Source: Patescibacteria group bacterium (GTDB lineage Bacteria > Patescibacteriota > Minisyncoccia > UBA6257 > HR35). From it: a DNA stretch of 32,000 bases. Of this stretch, positions 9,360 through 18,196 are shown piece after piece. Within the stretch, counting starts at the first letter, position 1. Each line of letters begins with the position of its first letter. Location: positions 180,001 through 212,000 of the forward strand of contig JAUQQN010000001.1 of NCBI GenBank assembly GCA_030549845.1, read 5' to 3'. The notes beneath the pieces are model-generated. The model saw only the letters and a list, made by a program, of their open reading frames with translations, was not told where the DNA came from and searched no databases. The position numbers were made by a program, and so were the translations under genes.

Positions 9360-11091
9360 TTTTACGTTTTTAGAAATTTTAATAACCATTGTTTTTATAG
9401 TGCTTTTAGGGTATTTTATATACGGAGCTTTTATAAATTTTTTAAAAATGACAACATCTTTAAGGCTTACACTTCAGGCTTTAAATATTTTAGAAAGTGA
9501 ATTAGAAATAATAAGAAATATGAAGTATGAAGACATTGGTATAAAAGATGGCTATCCAAGAGGTAAACTTGAAAGAAAAAAATATATAAGTTTAGGCAAC
9601 TTAAACTTTGTGGTTTCTTATTATATAAGAAATATAGATGATCCTTTTGATGGCACGGTTACTTCAACTCCTCAAGATTTAGCTCCTGCTGATTATAAGC
9701 TGGTTGAACTAGAAATAGAATGCCTCAATTGTGGGGTCAAATTTAAACCTCAAAAATTAACAACCTTAGTAGCGCCTAAAAATTTGGAAGTGACTACAAA
9801 CAATGGATCTTTATTTATTAAAGCGATAAACTCAAAAGGTGAACCTATACCACAGGCTAAGGTTATTGTATTAAATAAGCAAATAAATCCACCTATTTTA
9901 ATTGAAGATTATACAAATAATGATGGCATTTTACCATTAATAGATATACCTACAGGAACTAATGCTTATGAAATTACAATTAATAAAGATGGATATTCAA
10001 CAGAAAAAACTTATACTCCAGGTGATCCAGAAAACCCCAACCCTCTCAACCCTCATGCAACCGTAAAAGAGCAAACTTTAACCGTAGTTACATTAGCTAT
10101 AGATAAGTTAAGTAATTTGAGAATAAATACAAAAGATAAATTCTGCAGACCCATAGGAAATATTAATTTAAGAGTCAGTGGAACAAAATTAATTGGTAAA
10201 AATCCTGATGTTATAAAATTTTCAACCACTACTTCTACAAATATTGATGGCACAAAATTTTTACAAAATATAGAATGGGATGAATATAATTTTTCTATCT
10301 TAAGCAATGGATACATATTAAGAGGCAGCAACCCTATTTGGCCCCTAGTTGTTCTTCCAAGTACTACTAAAGATGTTGATTTAATTTTAATACCAAAAGA
10401 AACCACCTCTTCTAATTTATTAATAGAAGTGATTGATTCAAATAGATTACCTATTAAATTTGCATCAGTTACCTTATCTAGTGGTAACTATAGTTCAACA
10501 TTAATTACAAATACAGAAGAGTATTATGAAAATAACTGGTTAGAAAATTATTCTCAAAAATCAGAAAATATAGAAATTGATAGTAATGGTTATATAAAAT
10601 TAAAATATTTGACAGATGGTTATCCAACTAATACACAAGAGTGGTTAATATCTAATACTATTGATTTTGGATCAAGAACTGATTTATTAAAAATAAACTG
10701 GGATGGAGATGAAGCTTCACAAACAGACATAAAATTACAAATTGCAGTAAATAATGATAACTCTACTTGGAATTTTATAGGACCAGATGGCACCTCAAAT
10801 TCATATTTTGAAGAAAAAGAAATTTCCAGTCTTTCTTTATTTACAAATTTTAGGTATTTAAGATATAAAGTTTATTTACAAACTTTTGATCCTCAACAAA
10901 CGCCTATTTTTAAATACATCAATTTCCAGTTTTCTTCGGATTGTTTACCGCCTGGTCAGGTTTTATTTAAAAATTTAAATATAGCTACATATCAATTAAA
11001 AGTAGAAAAGGAAGGCTATCAAACATTTTTATCAAATATAGATTTATTAGAAAGTTTTAAACAAATTATTGTAAACCTCAGCCCGCAATGA
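9331..11091 (+). CDS. Very large pseudopilin-like protein with prepilin-type N-terminus
   Basis: From the ATG at 9331 the N-terminus is MNYQKKSNLS|FTFLEILITIVFIVLLG: a short basic leader, then F1, E5 and a hydrophobic helix. The ~560 aa extracellular part includes beta-rich stretches such as GEPIPQAKVIVLN...TNNDGIL. The TTG start at 9295 in the ORF track only adds an unlikely 12 aa. Confidence 0.7.
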   Translation: MNYQKKSNLSFTFLEILITIVFIVLLGYFIYGAFINFLKMTTSLRLTLQALNILESELEIIRNMKYEDIGIKDGYPRGKLERKKYISLGNLNFVVSYYIRNIDDPFDGTVTSTPQDLAPADYKLVELEIECLNCGVKFKPQKLTTLVAPKNLEVTTNNGSLFIKAINSKGEPIPQAKVIVLNKQINPPILIEDYTNNDGILPLIDIPTGTNAYEITINKDGYSTEKTYTPGDPENPNPLNPHATVKEQTLTVVTLAIDKLSNLRINTKDKFCRPIGNINLRVSGTKLIGKNPDVIKFSTTTSTNIDGTKFLQNIEWDEYNFSILSNGYILRGSNPIWPLVVLPSTTKDVDLILIPKETTSSNLLIEVIDSNRLPIKFASVTLSSGNYSSTLITNTEEYYENNWLENYSQKSENIEIDSNGYIKLKYLTDGYPTNTQEWLISNTIDFGSRTDLLKINWDGDEASQTDIKLQIAVNNDNSTWNFIGPDGTSNSYFEEKEISSLSLFTNFRYLRYKVYLQTFDPQQTPIFKYINFQFSSDCLPPGQVLFKNLNIATYQLKVEKEGYQTFLSNIDLLESFKQIIVNLSPQ

Positions 11092-12794
11092 AGTTAAAAA
11101 AGTTTTTTTTAATTTTTTTTATTTTAATACTTCCGATTTTTTGCAAAGCTGAAAAAGTTTTTGAGTATTTTTCTCATTCTCCGCGAACTACTAATAAGCT
11201 AGATTTAAATTTAGTAGAAGAAATTAAGCAAGAAATAAAAATATTTGATGATAATCTAAGTAAAATTTATCTTTGGATAGATAACCCGGGTACAGCTAAT
11301 GAAGTGAATATTCAACTTTTTGAAGAAGACCATTTATTATTCAGTAAGACCATCAATATTCCCCAGGTAAAAGGAGGTTATTTTGGTTATAAGTTTGGAA
11401 TAGATTTAGGAAAGAATTTAAAAATAGAAAGCGGAAAAAATTATCATTTATCAATAAAAAATTTAACCAAAGATGAAATGTATATCTACTATACAAGCAA
11501 GATAGAGATTTTACAAGGAGAAGAAAAAGAAGGCATTTTACCAATCTCCTTAGGTAAATTTTTGATAAATGGAAAAGAGTATGCTTATTCTTTGAAAATA
11601 GCGCTTGCTGAATCTTTGGAACAAGATGTGCCTAAATTATTTAATCCACAAATAGAAATTGAAAGTCCTTATAAAGTTTATCTTTTATTCAATTCAAACG
11701 AACCGATAAAATATAAAGTTATCTATTGGGATGTGAATAGAAATGAAACTTATTTAATCCCTTCAAATCCTTATTTAGAAAATTGTTTTATAGAAACGAA
11801 AAAATGTAAAATAAGTATTTATACGAATCATAACACTTATTATAAATTCCAAATTTCTATAATAGATTATTGGGGCAATTTCAAAACTTATGAAGGGGAA
11901 TTTGTAACCCCCTTAGATCCTACTATTTCTACTTCAACAATTTCTACTTCAACAATAAAAATTAATGATACATTACCCCCTCAAATTTCTAATTTTCAAA
12001 TAAAAGAAATAACTTCCAATAATATAATAGTCTCTTTTGAAACAAATGAATTTGCACTTAGTTCTCTTAAAATTTTTTATAAAGATACAGGTGTTATAGT
12101 GATGGAAATAAGAAATAGTATGTTTAATTTATATCATGAAATAAGCGCATTGAATTTACTTTTCCCTAACTTAGAATACGAAGGAGTAGTTTATGTAGAA
12201 GACATATTTAAAAATAAAAATGAATATAAATTTAGCTTCAAAACTAAAGAAGGTAAAACTTCTCAATCTTTAGATAAATTTTTATCTCAACCTAAAATTT
12301 TAGAAATTAATGTAATAAATGAAGGAATTGAATCTAGCTTAAAAACCCCAGATATTGAAATTAATTACGACCAAAATTTAAATAAAATGAATATCAAAAC
12401 AGATTCCAATAATTTAAAAATTAATTTCATTAAAAGACCAGAGGTTTCTATTTTTAGTTATTCTATCAAAGAAGGAAGTTATGATTTGGATTTAAATATT
12501 TTCTCTCCTGGGGTTTATAATTACCTAGCTTATCAAGAGCTCCGGCCTAACATAAAACAAATTCTAAAATCTGGTGAAATTGAAATAAAAAGCAAAGAAA
12601 TTAAGGAAATTTCTTCGGAAAAAATAGAAACAAAAAATAATACAGAAATTAAAATAAAAGAGGGTTCTCCAAAAATAATTCAACCTTTGCCTGCTTCAGA
12701 ATCTGTTTCATCTCATAAAAAAATTATTTCAATTATCGGAATAATTGTGATTTTAAGTTTGTTATTAATCTTATTTTTGATAAAAAGAAAATGA
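11088..12794 (+). CDS. Secreted, C-terminally membrane-anchored surface protein encoded inside the pilus operon
   Basis: Sec-type signal peptide MKLKKFFLIFFILILPIFCKA|EK. Two FN3-like segments (e.g. PPQISNFQIKEITSNNIIVSFETNEFALSSLKIFY) separated by an ISTSTISTSTI linker. C-terminal TM helix plus basic tail (IISIIGIIVILSLLLILFLIKRK). ATGA overlaps with both neighbours. Confidence 0.65.
   Translation: MKLKKFFLIFFILILPIFCKAEKVFEYFSHSPRTTNKLDLNLVEEIKQEIKIFDDNLSKIYLWIDNPGTANEVNIQLFEEDHLLFSKTINIPQVKGGYFGYKFGIDLGKNLKIESGKNYHLSIKNLTKDEMYIYYTSKIEILQGEEKEGILPISLGKFLINGKEYAYSLKIALAESLEQDVPKLFNPQIEIESPYKVYLLFNSNEPIKYKVIYWDVNRNETYLIPSNPYLENCFIETKKCKISIYTNHNTYYKFQISIIDYWGNFKTYEGEFVTPLDPTISTSTISTSTIKINDTLPPQISNFQIKEITSNNIIVSFETNEFALSSLKIFYKDTGVIVMEIRNSMFNLYHEISALNLLFPNLEYEGVVYVEDIFKNKNEYKFSFKTKEGKTSQSLDKFLSQPKILEINVINEGIESSLKTPDIEINYDQNLNKMNIKTDSNNLKINFIKRPEVSIFSYSIKEGSYDLDLNIFSPGVYNYLAYQELRPNIKQILKSGEIEIKSKEIKEISSEKIETKNNTEIKIKEGSPKIIQPLPASESVSSHKKIISIIGIIVILSLLLILFLIKRK
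11925..11954 (+). repeat. Perfect 2 x 15-nt tandem repeat inside the 11088-12794 CDS
   Basis: ATTTCTACTTCAACA occurs at 11925-11939 and 11940-11954, encoding ISTST-ISTST in an inter-domain linker. Confidence 0.9.
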
Positions 12795-13357
12795 GGGCTT
12801 TTACTTTGATGGAAACATTAATAGCCATTTTTATTATTTCTGCTTTAATTGGATTAATAATTCTTTTTGTATTAAACTTGGTAAATTTTAATGTATTTTT
12901 TGTTTTAAACATAGGTGGCACAAGAGAAATTGATATTACCCTAAATAATATGATCAAGGAGCTGCGTAGTATGAATCAATCTAATACAGGAGGGTATCCT
13001 ATTGAAAGCGCAGATGAAACTAGTATAATATTCTACACCGATATAGATGGAGATGGGGTTATGGAAAGACTGAGGTATTTTTTAGAAAATAATCAAGTAA
13101 AAAGAGGTATAACGAGATTTGAAAATGGAACATATGATTCAAATAAAGAAAAGATTTGGCTTATGATTAATAATGTAAATAAATTTAAGATAACCTATTA
13201 TGACGCTAATTATACGGGAACAGAAGTTCCCTTAACTTTTCCTGTAGATATTTCAAAAATTAGGACAATTCGGATTGATGTTTCTTTAAAGTTTTTAAAC
13301 AAACCAGAAATTAATTATTATATAATAGCAACACCAAGAAATTTAAGAGGAAAATGA
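12791..13357 (+). CDS. Minor pseudopilin (PilW/GspJ-like)
   Basis: N-terminus MRA|FTLMETLIAIFIISALIGL is a canonical prepilin signal with Glu at +5. A later block reads IFYTDIDGDGVMERLRYFL. ATGA overlaps on both sides. Confidence 0.8.
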   Translation: MRAFTLMETLIAIFIISALIGLIILFVLNLVNFNVFFVLNIGGTREIDITLNNMIKELRSMNQSNTGGYPIESADETSIIFYTDIDGDGVMERLRYFLENNQVKRGITRFENGTYDSNKEKIWLMINNVNKFKITYYDANYTGTEVPLTFPVDISKIRTIRIDVSLKFLNKPEINYYIIATPRNLRGK

Positions 13358-14745
13358 AAATAAAATCACAAATTTCTTTATATGTTATTATATATAGCGG
13401 AATAGCAATTTTTCTTTTATCTGGTTTTTTAATTTGGATACAAGCTTTTATTTTAAATACGCAAAGGGAAATTATAAAAAAGAAATTATTTGCTGTTGCT
13501 GAAAGTGGAATAGAATATTATAGATGGCATTTGGCCCATGCCCCTCAAGATTTTACGGATGGCACAAATAGACCAGGTCCTTATGAACATATTTTTTATG
13601 ACAGATTCGGAAATTCAATAGGTAAATTCATACTAGATATTACACCACCTCCGGTTGGTTCAACAATAGTTAAAATAAAATCATCTGGTATTTTAAATGA
13701 ATTTCCTAATGTTGAAAAATCTATTTTAGTTACACTCGGTATACCTTCTTTTGCAAAATATTCAGTGGTAGTAAATGATAATATTAGGTTCGGTGAGGGA
13801 ACAGAGGTATATGGAGAAATTCATTCAAATCAAGGAATAAGATTTGATGGGGTTGCTTATAATTTGGTCTCTAGTGCTCTGACAACATATGATGATCCCG
13901 ATCACACCGGTCCCCAAGAATGGGCTGTTCATACCCATAAAAATCCAGTAGATCCTCTACCACCAACTCCATATCCACAAAGACCTGATGTTTTTAAAGC
14001 AGGAAGATTAGTAGGAGTTCCAAGGGTTGACTTTAATGGAATTACTTATGATTTGGCTAAAATAAAATTAGAAGCCCAAACAAATGGAGTTTATATAGGA
14101 CCTTCTAATAGTTATGGGTATGAAATTATCTTAAAGCCAGATGGTACTTTTGATTTATACAAGGTTACAAGAGTATATTCTGATTGCGATAATCCTTCTT
14201 GGAGCATAAGAAATAAAACTTTTATTAGAAATTATCAAATCCCTCAAAATGGAACAATTTTCATTGAAGATCATGTATGGGTGAGTGGTCAAATAAAAAA
14301 TAAAAGAGTTTTAATAGGAGCAGGAAAGTTTCCAGATATAGAATCGGAACGAAAAAATATAATAATAAATCAAAACTTAACTTATTCAAACTATAATGGA
14401 GATGATGTGATAGGTCTTATTGCTCAAAATAATGTTTTAGTAGGCTTAAAGAGCTTGGATAATTTAAAAATAGATGCAGCTTTAATTGCTCAAAATGGGT
14501 TTGTAGGTCGTTTATATTATTCTTCTTTATGTGGTTCAGAATACCTTAGAAACTCCATAACTATATATGGTATGATAGGAACGAATAAAAGATATGGCTT
14601 TGCTTGGGTTTGTGGTAACATCCATTGTTCTGGATACAAATACAGAACATTAATATATGATGCAAATTTATTGTATGGACCACCTCCTTATTTTCCATTA
14701 TCTACTTCCTTTTATGAAGTTTTAAAGTGGTTAGAGTTAAAATAG
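13354..14745 (+). CDS. Pilus-associated membrane-anchored protein, possibly beta-solenoid (PilX/ComZ-like role inferred)
   Basis: N-terminal hydrophobic anchor (ISLYVIIYSGIAIFLLSGFLIWIQAF) without Glu+5. The rest shows a recurring short beta-strand periodicity (NDNIRFGEGTEVYGEIHSNQGIRFDG; VIGLIAQNNVLVG; IDAALIAQNGFVGR). Last gene of the overlapping operon. Confidence 0.55.
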   Translation: MKIKSQISLYVIIYSGIAIFLLSGFLIWIQAFILNTQREIIKKKLFAVAESGIEYYRWHLAHAPQDFTDGTNRPGPYEHIFYDRFGNSIGKFILDITPPPVGSTIVKIKSSGILNEFPNVEKSILVTLGIPSFAKYSVVVNDNIRFGEGTEVYGEIHSNQGIRFDGVAYNLVSSALTTYDDPDHTGPQEWAVHTHKNPVDPLPPTPYPQRPDVFKAGRLVGVPRVDFNGITYDLAKIKLEAQTNGVYIGPSNSYGYEIILKPDGTFDLYKVTRVYSDCDNPSWSIRNKTFIRNYQIPQNGTIFIEDHVWVSGQIKNKRVLIGAGKFPDIESERKNIIINQNLTYSNYNGDDVIGLIAQNNVLVGLKSLDNLKIDAALIAQNGFVGRLYYSSLCGSEYLRNSITIYGMIGTNKRYGFAWVCGNIHCSGYKYRTLIYDANLLYGPPPYFPLSTSFYEVLKWLELK

Positions 14746-14843
14746 TTATCCACTATTTTTGGTTTTTCTAAAAAAATACTATATTATAATTAAATATTAA
14801 ATTAACTTGGTCGAAATTAAGTTTTAAAAATTAAAAATACATA

Positions 14844-15293
14844 ATGAAAACCAAAAAGGCTTTTACCTTAATTGAGGTTTTGCTTGTTATAGGTATAATA
14901 ATTTTGCTTGCAGGAGCAATAATAGTAGCTGTAAACCCTGGTCGACAATTTGCTAAAGCAAGAAACACACAAAGAAAAACAGATACAACTGCTATTTTGA
15001 ATGCAATTGTTCAGAATATGGTTGATAATCAAGGAGCTTGGAAATGTGACGCTGTACCGGAATTACCATCTTCTACAACTTTAATTGCTACTCCAGGAGG
15101 AGTTGACCTAGCTTCTTGTTTGGTTCCTACTTATCTTCCAAGAATGCCTTTAGACCCACAAAGAGGAACGATTAATACAACTACAGGCGAATATAATACT
15201 CAATATAACATAAGATATGATCCAGCTTCTGGTAGATTAGAGGTTTGTGCTCCTTATGCAGAACTTGGTGAAACTATTTGTACATCTAAATAA
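14844..15293 (+). CDS. Type IV pilin (probable major subunit)
   Basis: MKTKKA|FTLIEVLLVIGIIILLAGAIIVAV is a class III signal with Glu+5. It is small (149 aa) and has four Cys, including a C-terminal CAPYAELGETIC loop resembling a D-region. Preceded by a 98-nt AT-rich intergenic gap, so it may have its own promoter. Confidence 0.85.
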   Translation: MKTKKAFTLIEVLLVIGIIILLAGAIIVAVNPGRQFAKARNTQRKTDTTAILNAIVQNMVDNQGAWKCDAVPELPSSTTLIATPGGVDLASCLVPTYLPRMPLDPQRGTINTTTGEYNTQYNIRYDPASGRLEVCAPYAELGETICTSK

Positions 15294-15933
15294 TTGAAAG
15301 GAAATATTTGTAAGCTTGAATAGGATTTTCCTTACCAAAAATTGCATTTCCTATTATTATGTAATCAATTGAATTTTTATAGTTCAAAAAAATTTTTAAG
15401 TTTTCTTCATTTATTCCCCCATCTACTAATATTTTTTTGAGGTTTTTGTATTGCTCTTTAAACTTTATTGCGTTCTCTAACCTGCTGAAGGTATTTTCTA
15501 GAAGGCTTTGACCAGATTTGCCGGGGTGAACACCTAAAATTAAAATTCCATTTACATAGCTTAAAAATTCTTTAATGAATTCTGTTTCTATATGTGGTGA
15601 CCATGCTATTATTATTTCTTTTTTTAATTTTTTAGCAAATTTTAATAAAGCAAAAGGAAGATTACATCCTTCAAAATGAAGTATTAAAATTTTAATTCTT
15701 TTATTATTCCATTTTAGTATTTCTTGGGGTTTTAATTGAACCATCAAATGAACATGTAGTTTTAAGTTTTCATCTAATCTTTCCAATTCTTTTGGGTTTT
15801 GCCAAGTTTGATAGTCTGTAAAGTCTAAAGACGAGATATCTATATGAAACTCAGCTGTTAAAGCTCTTAGGGATTCTATTCTTCTCTTTGCTTCTTCAAA
15901 GTTTTCTGTATTTATTGAAGGCACTATTTTCAT
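15286..15933 (-). CDS. Ribulose-phosphate 3-epimerase-like TIM-barrel protein (divergent)
   Basis: Blocks align to the Rpe pattern: PSIN, HIDI, HVHLMV, LGVHPGKSGQ, VDGGI, GNAIF. The canonical VMDG region is replaced by ISSLDF, so activity is uncertain. Confidence 0.55.
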   Translation of the reverse strand: MKIVPSINTENFEEAKRRIESLRALTAEFHIDISSLDFTDYQTWQNPKELERLDENLKLHVHLMVQLKPQEILKWNNKRIKILILHFEGCNLPFALLKFAKKLKKEIIIAWSPHIETEFIKEFLSYVNGILILGVHPGKSGQSLLENTFSRLENAIKFKEQYKNLKKILVDGGINEENLKIFLNYKNSIDYIIIGNAIFGKENPIQAYKYFLSII

Positions 15934-16769
15934 TTCTTTGTCAAATCATATATTAGGGGAGTTGCGATACAAATTGATGAATAAGTTCCTATTATAATCC
16001 CTAAAATTAATATCAAAATAAAAGCTTGAAGTTTTGGGATCAAAAATAACAAAGGAAACACTGCTAATATTGTAGTTAGAGATGTATTAATTGATCTTCT
16101 AAGTGTTTGTCTAATACTTTTCTCAAATAACTCTTCATTTATTTTTCCTTCTTTTTTCAAATTTTCTCTAACTCTATCGAAAACAACTATAGTATCATGA
16201 ACAGAAAATCCTGCTATTACTAAAAAAGCTATAATAATTGTAGTATCAAGAACATAACCAAAAAATTTAGAGATCGTTATAAAAATGCCTAAACTACTTA
16301 AGACATCATGAGCCAATGTTAGAATTACTATTATCCCAAATAAGTAACCTGGAATTAAAGATTTCTTTTCCCAAAAAACTATTGAAATATAACTTCCTAT
16401 ACCAATCAAAACCAAGATTATCGCAATATAAGATTTTTTAACTAATTCTCTGCTAAGAGTTGGACTAATTATTTCTTCAGATAAAATTTCTGCATCTGGA
16501 TCAATTTTTTTAATTTCTTCTAATAAAAATTTTTTATCGAAATTTTCTCCTTTTATAATAACTGTATCTTTTGTCTGTATTACGCTATCAATCTTAATAT
16601 TAAGTTTACTTAAAAAATTCTCAAAATTAGGAATTCTTGTTTTTAATTCTATCATTTGACCGCCCTTTAAATCAACTCCTAAGTTTAATCCAAAAATATT
16701 TAAAGCAACTCCCATCCAAATTATTAAAATGGTTGAAATTATGTAAAAAAATATTCTTCTTTTAATCAT
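15930..16769 (-). CDS. secF: Protein translocase subunit SecF
   Basis: N-terminal TM, then GLNLGVDLKGGQ (the SecD/F GxDFxGG-type block) and a six-TM C-terminal half with HDTIVVFDRVRENL. The 279-aa length fits SecF rather than SecD. Confidence 0.8.
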   Translation of the reverse strand: MIKRRIFFYIISTILIIWMGVALNIFGLNLGVDLKGGQMIELKTRIPNFENFLSKLNIKIDSVIQTKDTVIIKGENFDKKFLLEEIKKIDPDAEILSEEIISPTLSRELVKKSYIAIILVLIGIGSYISIVFWEKKSLIPGYLFGIIVILTLAHDVLSSLGIFITISKFFGYVLDTTIIIAFLVIAGFSVHDTIVVFDRVRENLKKEGKINEELFEKSIRQTLRRSINTSLTTILAVFPLLFLIPKLQAFILILILGIIIGTYSSICIATPLIYDLTKK

Positions 16770-18195
16770 TCTTACTTAACTGGCTTAATAATAATTCTTT
16801 TGCTAACTCTATATGAATTTGACCTTTTGTTTTTCGCATTAAAGCTCCAATAAGAAATTGCAAGGCACTTTCTTTTCCTTTTTTATAATCTTCTACAGCT
16901 TTTTTGTTTTCTTCTAAAATTTCTTCTATTATTTTTTTAATTTCTTCTTCATCAATAATTTTTATTTTCTCCAAAATTGAATCAGGATTTTCATTTTGTT
17001 CTACAACTTTGTTTAGAATATCTTTTACTATCCTTATATTTATTTCTCCTTTTTTAAGTTTAATTAAAATTTTCGCAAATTGAGAAGGCTTGAAATCTAA
17101 ATCGTTTAAATTTTTTTGATATTTTTGCAAAAGCCCTAAAAGGTCATTAACCAAAATATTATATATCGTTCTTAAATCATAATCTTTTTCTTCTGCTTTA
17201 ACTTCTGAACAGCTTTCTTCAAAAAAATCAGCTAGTTCTTTATTAGCAACTAAAATGTCTGCCTCTTTTAATGTTAGACCATATTCTGCTTTTAATCTTT
17301 CTCTTTTTTGCAATGGCAGTTCTGGTAAGGTTATTGAATCTATAAAACTTTGATTCAATATAAGAGGAGGTAAATCTGGTTCAGGAAAATACCTATAATC
17401 TTCTGCGGTTTCCTTTGTTCTTTGTGAAAAAGTTATTCTTTTATCTTCATCAAACCCCCTCGTTTCTTGGATTATATTTCCACCTTTTTCTATTATTTCT
17501 GTTTGTCTTTTTATCTCATATTCAATTGCATCCCTTAATGATCTTATAGAACCTAAATTTTTAACTTCAACTTTAACACCTAAGCTTTCTCCGAACCCTA
17601 AACTTATATTCGCTTCAAATCTTATTTCTCCTTTTTCTGGATTAGCATCAGAAATTTTTAAATACCTTATTACAAGTATTAGCTCTTCCACAAATTTCTT
17701 TGCCTCTTCAGAACTTCTAAGATCTGGTTCTGTAACGATTTCTAAAAGAGGAATTCCTGCTCTATTAAAATCTATTAGAGAATAATCTTTCTCGTGAATA
17801 ATTTTTCCTGTATCCTCTTCTAAATGTACTCTTTTGATCCTAACTTTCTTTTTTTCTTCATTTAAATAAAACTCAAGATAGCCTTTCTCAGCTAGAGGAA
17901 GTTCATATTGAGAAATTTGATAATTTTTAGGGAGGTCCGGATAAAAATAATTTTTCCTTGCAAAATAACTTATTGTATTTATTTTACAATTCAATGCTTT
18001 AGCAAGCTTAATTGCATATTCGACAGCTTTTTTATTAACAGTTGGTAAAACTCCTGGTTGACCAGTGCATATTGGGCAGATATTAATATTTGGATGAGTC
18101 TCCTCAGGATCATTTGGGCAACTGCAAAACATTTTACTTTCTGTATTCAATTCCAAATGAATTTCTAAACCAATTTTGGGTATTAATTTTTCCAT
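16762..18195 (-). CDS. gatB: Asp/Glu-tRNA(Asn/Gln) amidotransferase subunit B
   Basis: IGLEIHLELNTESKMFCSC, ICPICTGQPGVLP and YFYPDLPKNYQISQ blocks, plus a C-terminal YqeY-like tail. 477 aa. Confidence 0.95.
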   Translation of the reverse strand: MEKLIPKIGLEIHLELNTESKMFCSCPNDPEETHPNINICPICTGQPGVLPTVNKKAVEYAIKLAKALNCKINTISYFARKNYFYPDLPKNYQISQYELPLAEKGYLEFYLNEEKKKVRIKRVHLEEDTGKIIHEKDYSLIDFNRAGIPLLEIVTEPDLRSSEEAKKFVEELILVIRYLKISDANPEKGEIRFEANISLGFGESLGVKVEVKNLGSIRSLRDAIEYEIKRQTEIIEKGGNIIQETRGFDEDKRITFSQRTKETAEDYRYFPEPDLPPLILNQSFIDSITLPELPLQKRERLKAEYGLTLKEADILVANKELADFFEESCSEVKAEEKDYDLRTIYNILVNDLLGLLQKYQKNLNDLDFKPSQFAKILIKLKKGEINIRIVKDILNKVVEQNENPDSILEKIKIIDEEEIKKIIEEILEENKKAVEDYKKGKESALQFLIGALMRKTKGQIHIELAKELLLSQLSKND

Positions 18196-18196
18196 G

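Noticed and set aside
14746-14843. Promoter call upstream of the pilin gene (TATAAT at 14785-14790)
   Set aside because: The -10 match is perfect, but no acceptable -35 lies at 16-18 nt spacing (GTTTTT at 17 nt; TTGGTT at 20 nt). In DNA this AT-rich a lone TATAAT is not informative, so it is left as a comment only.
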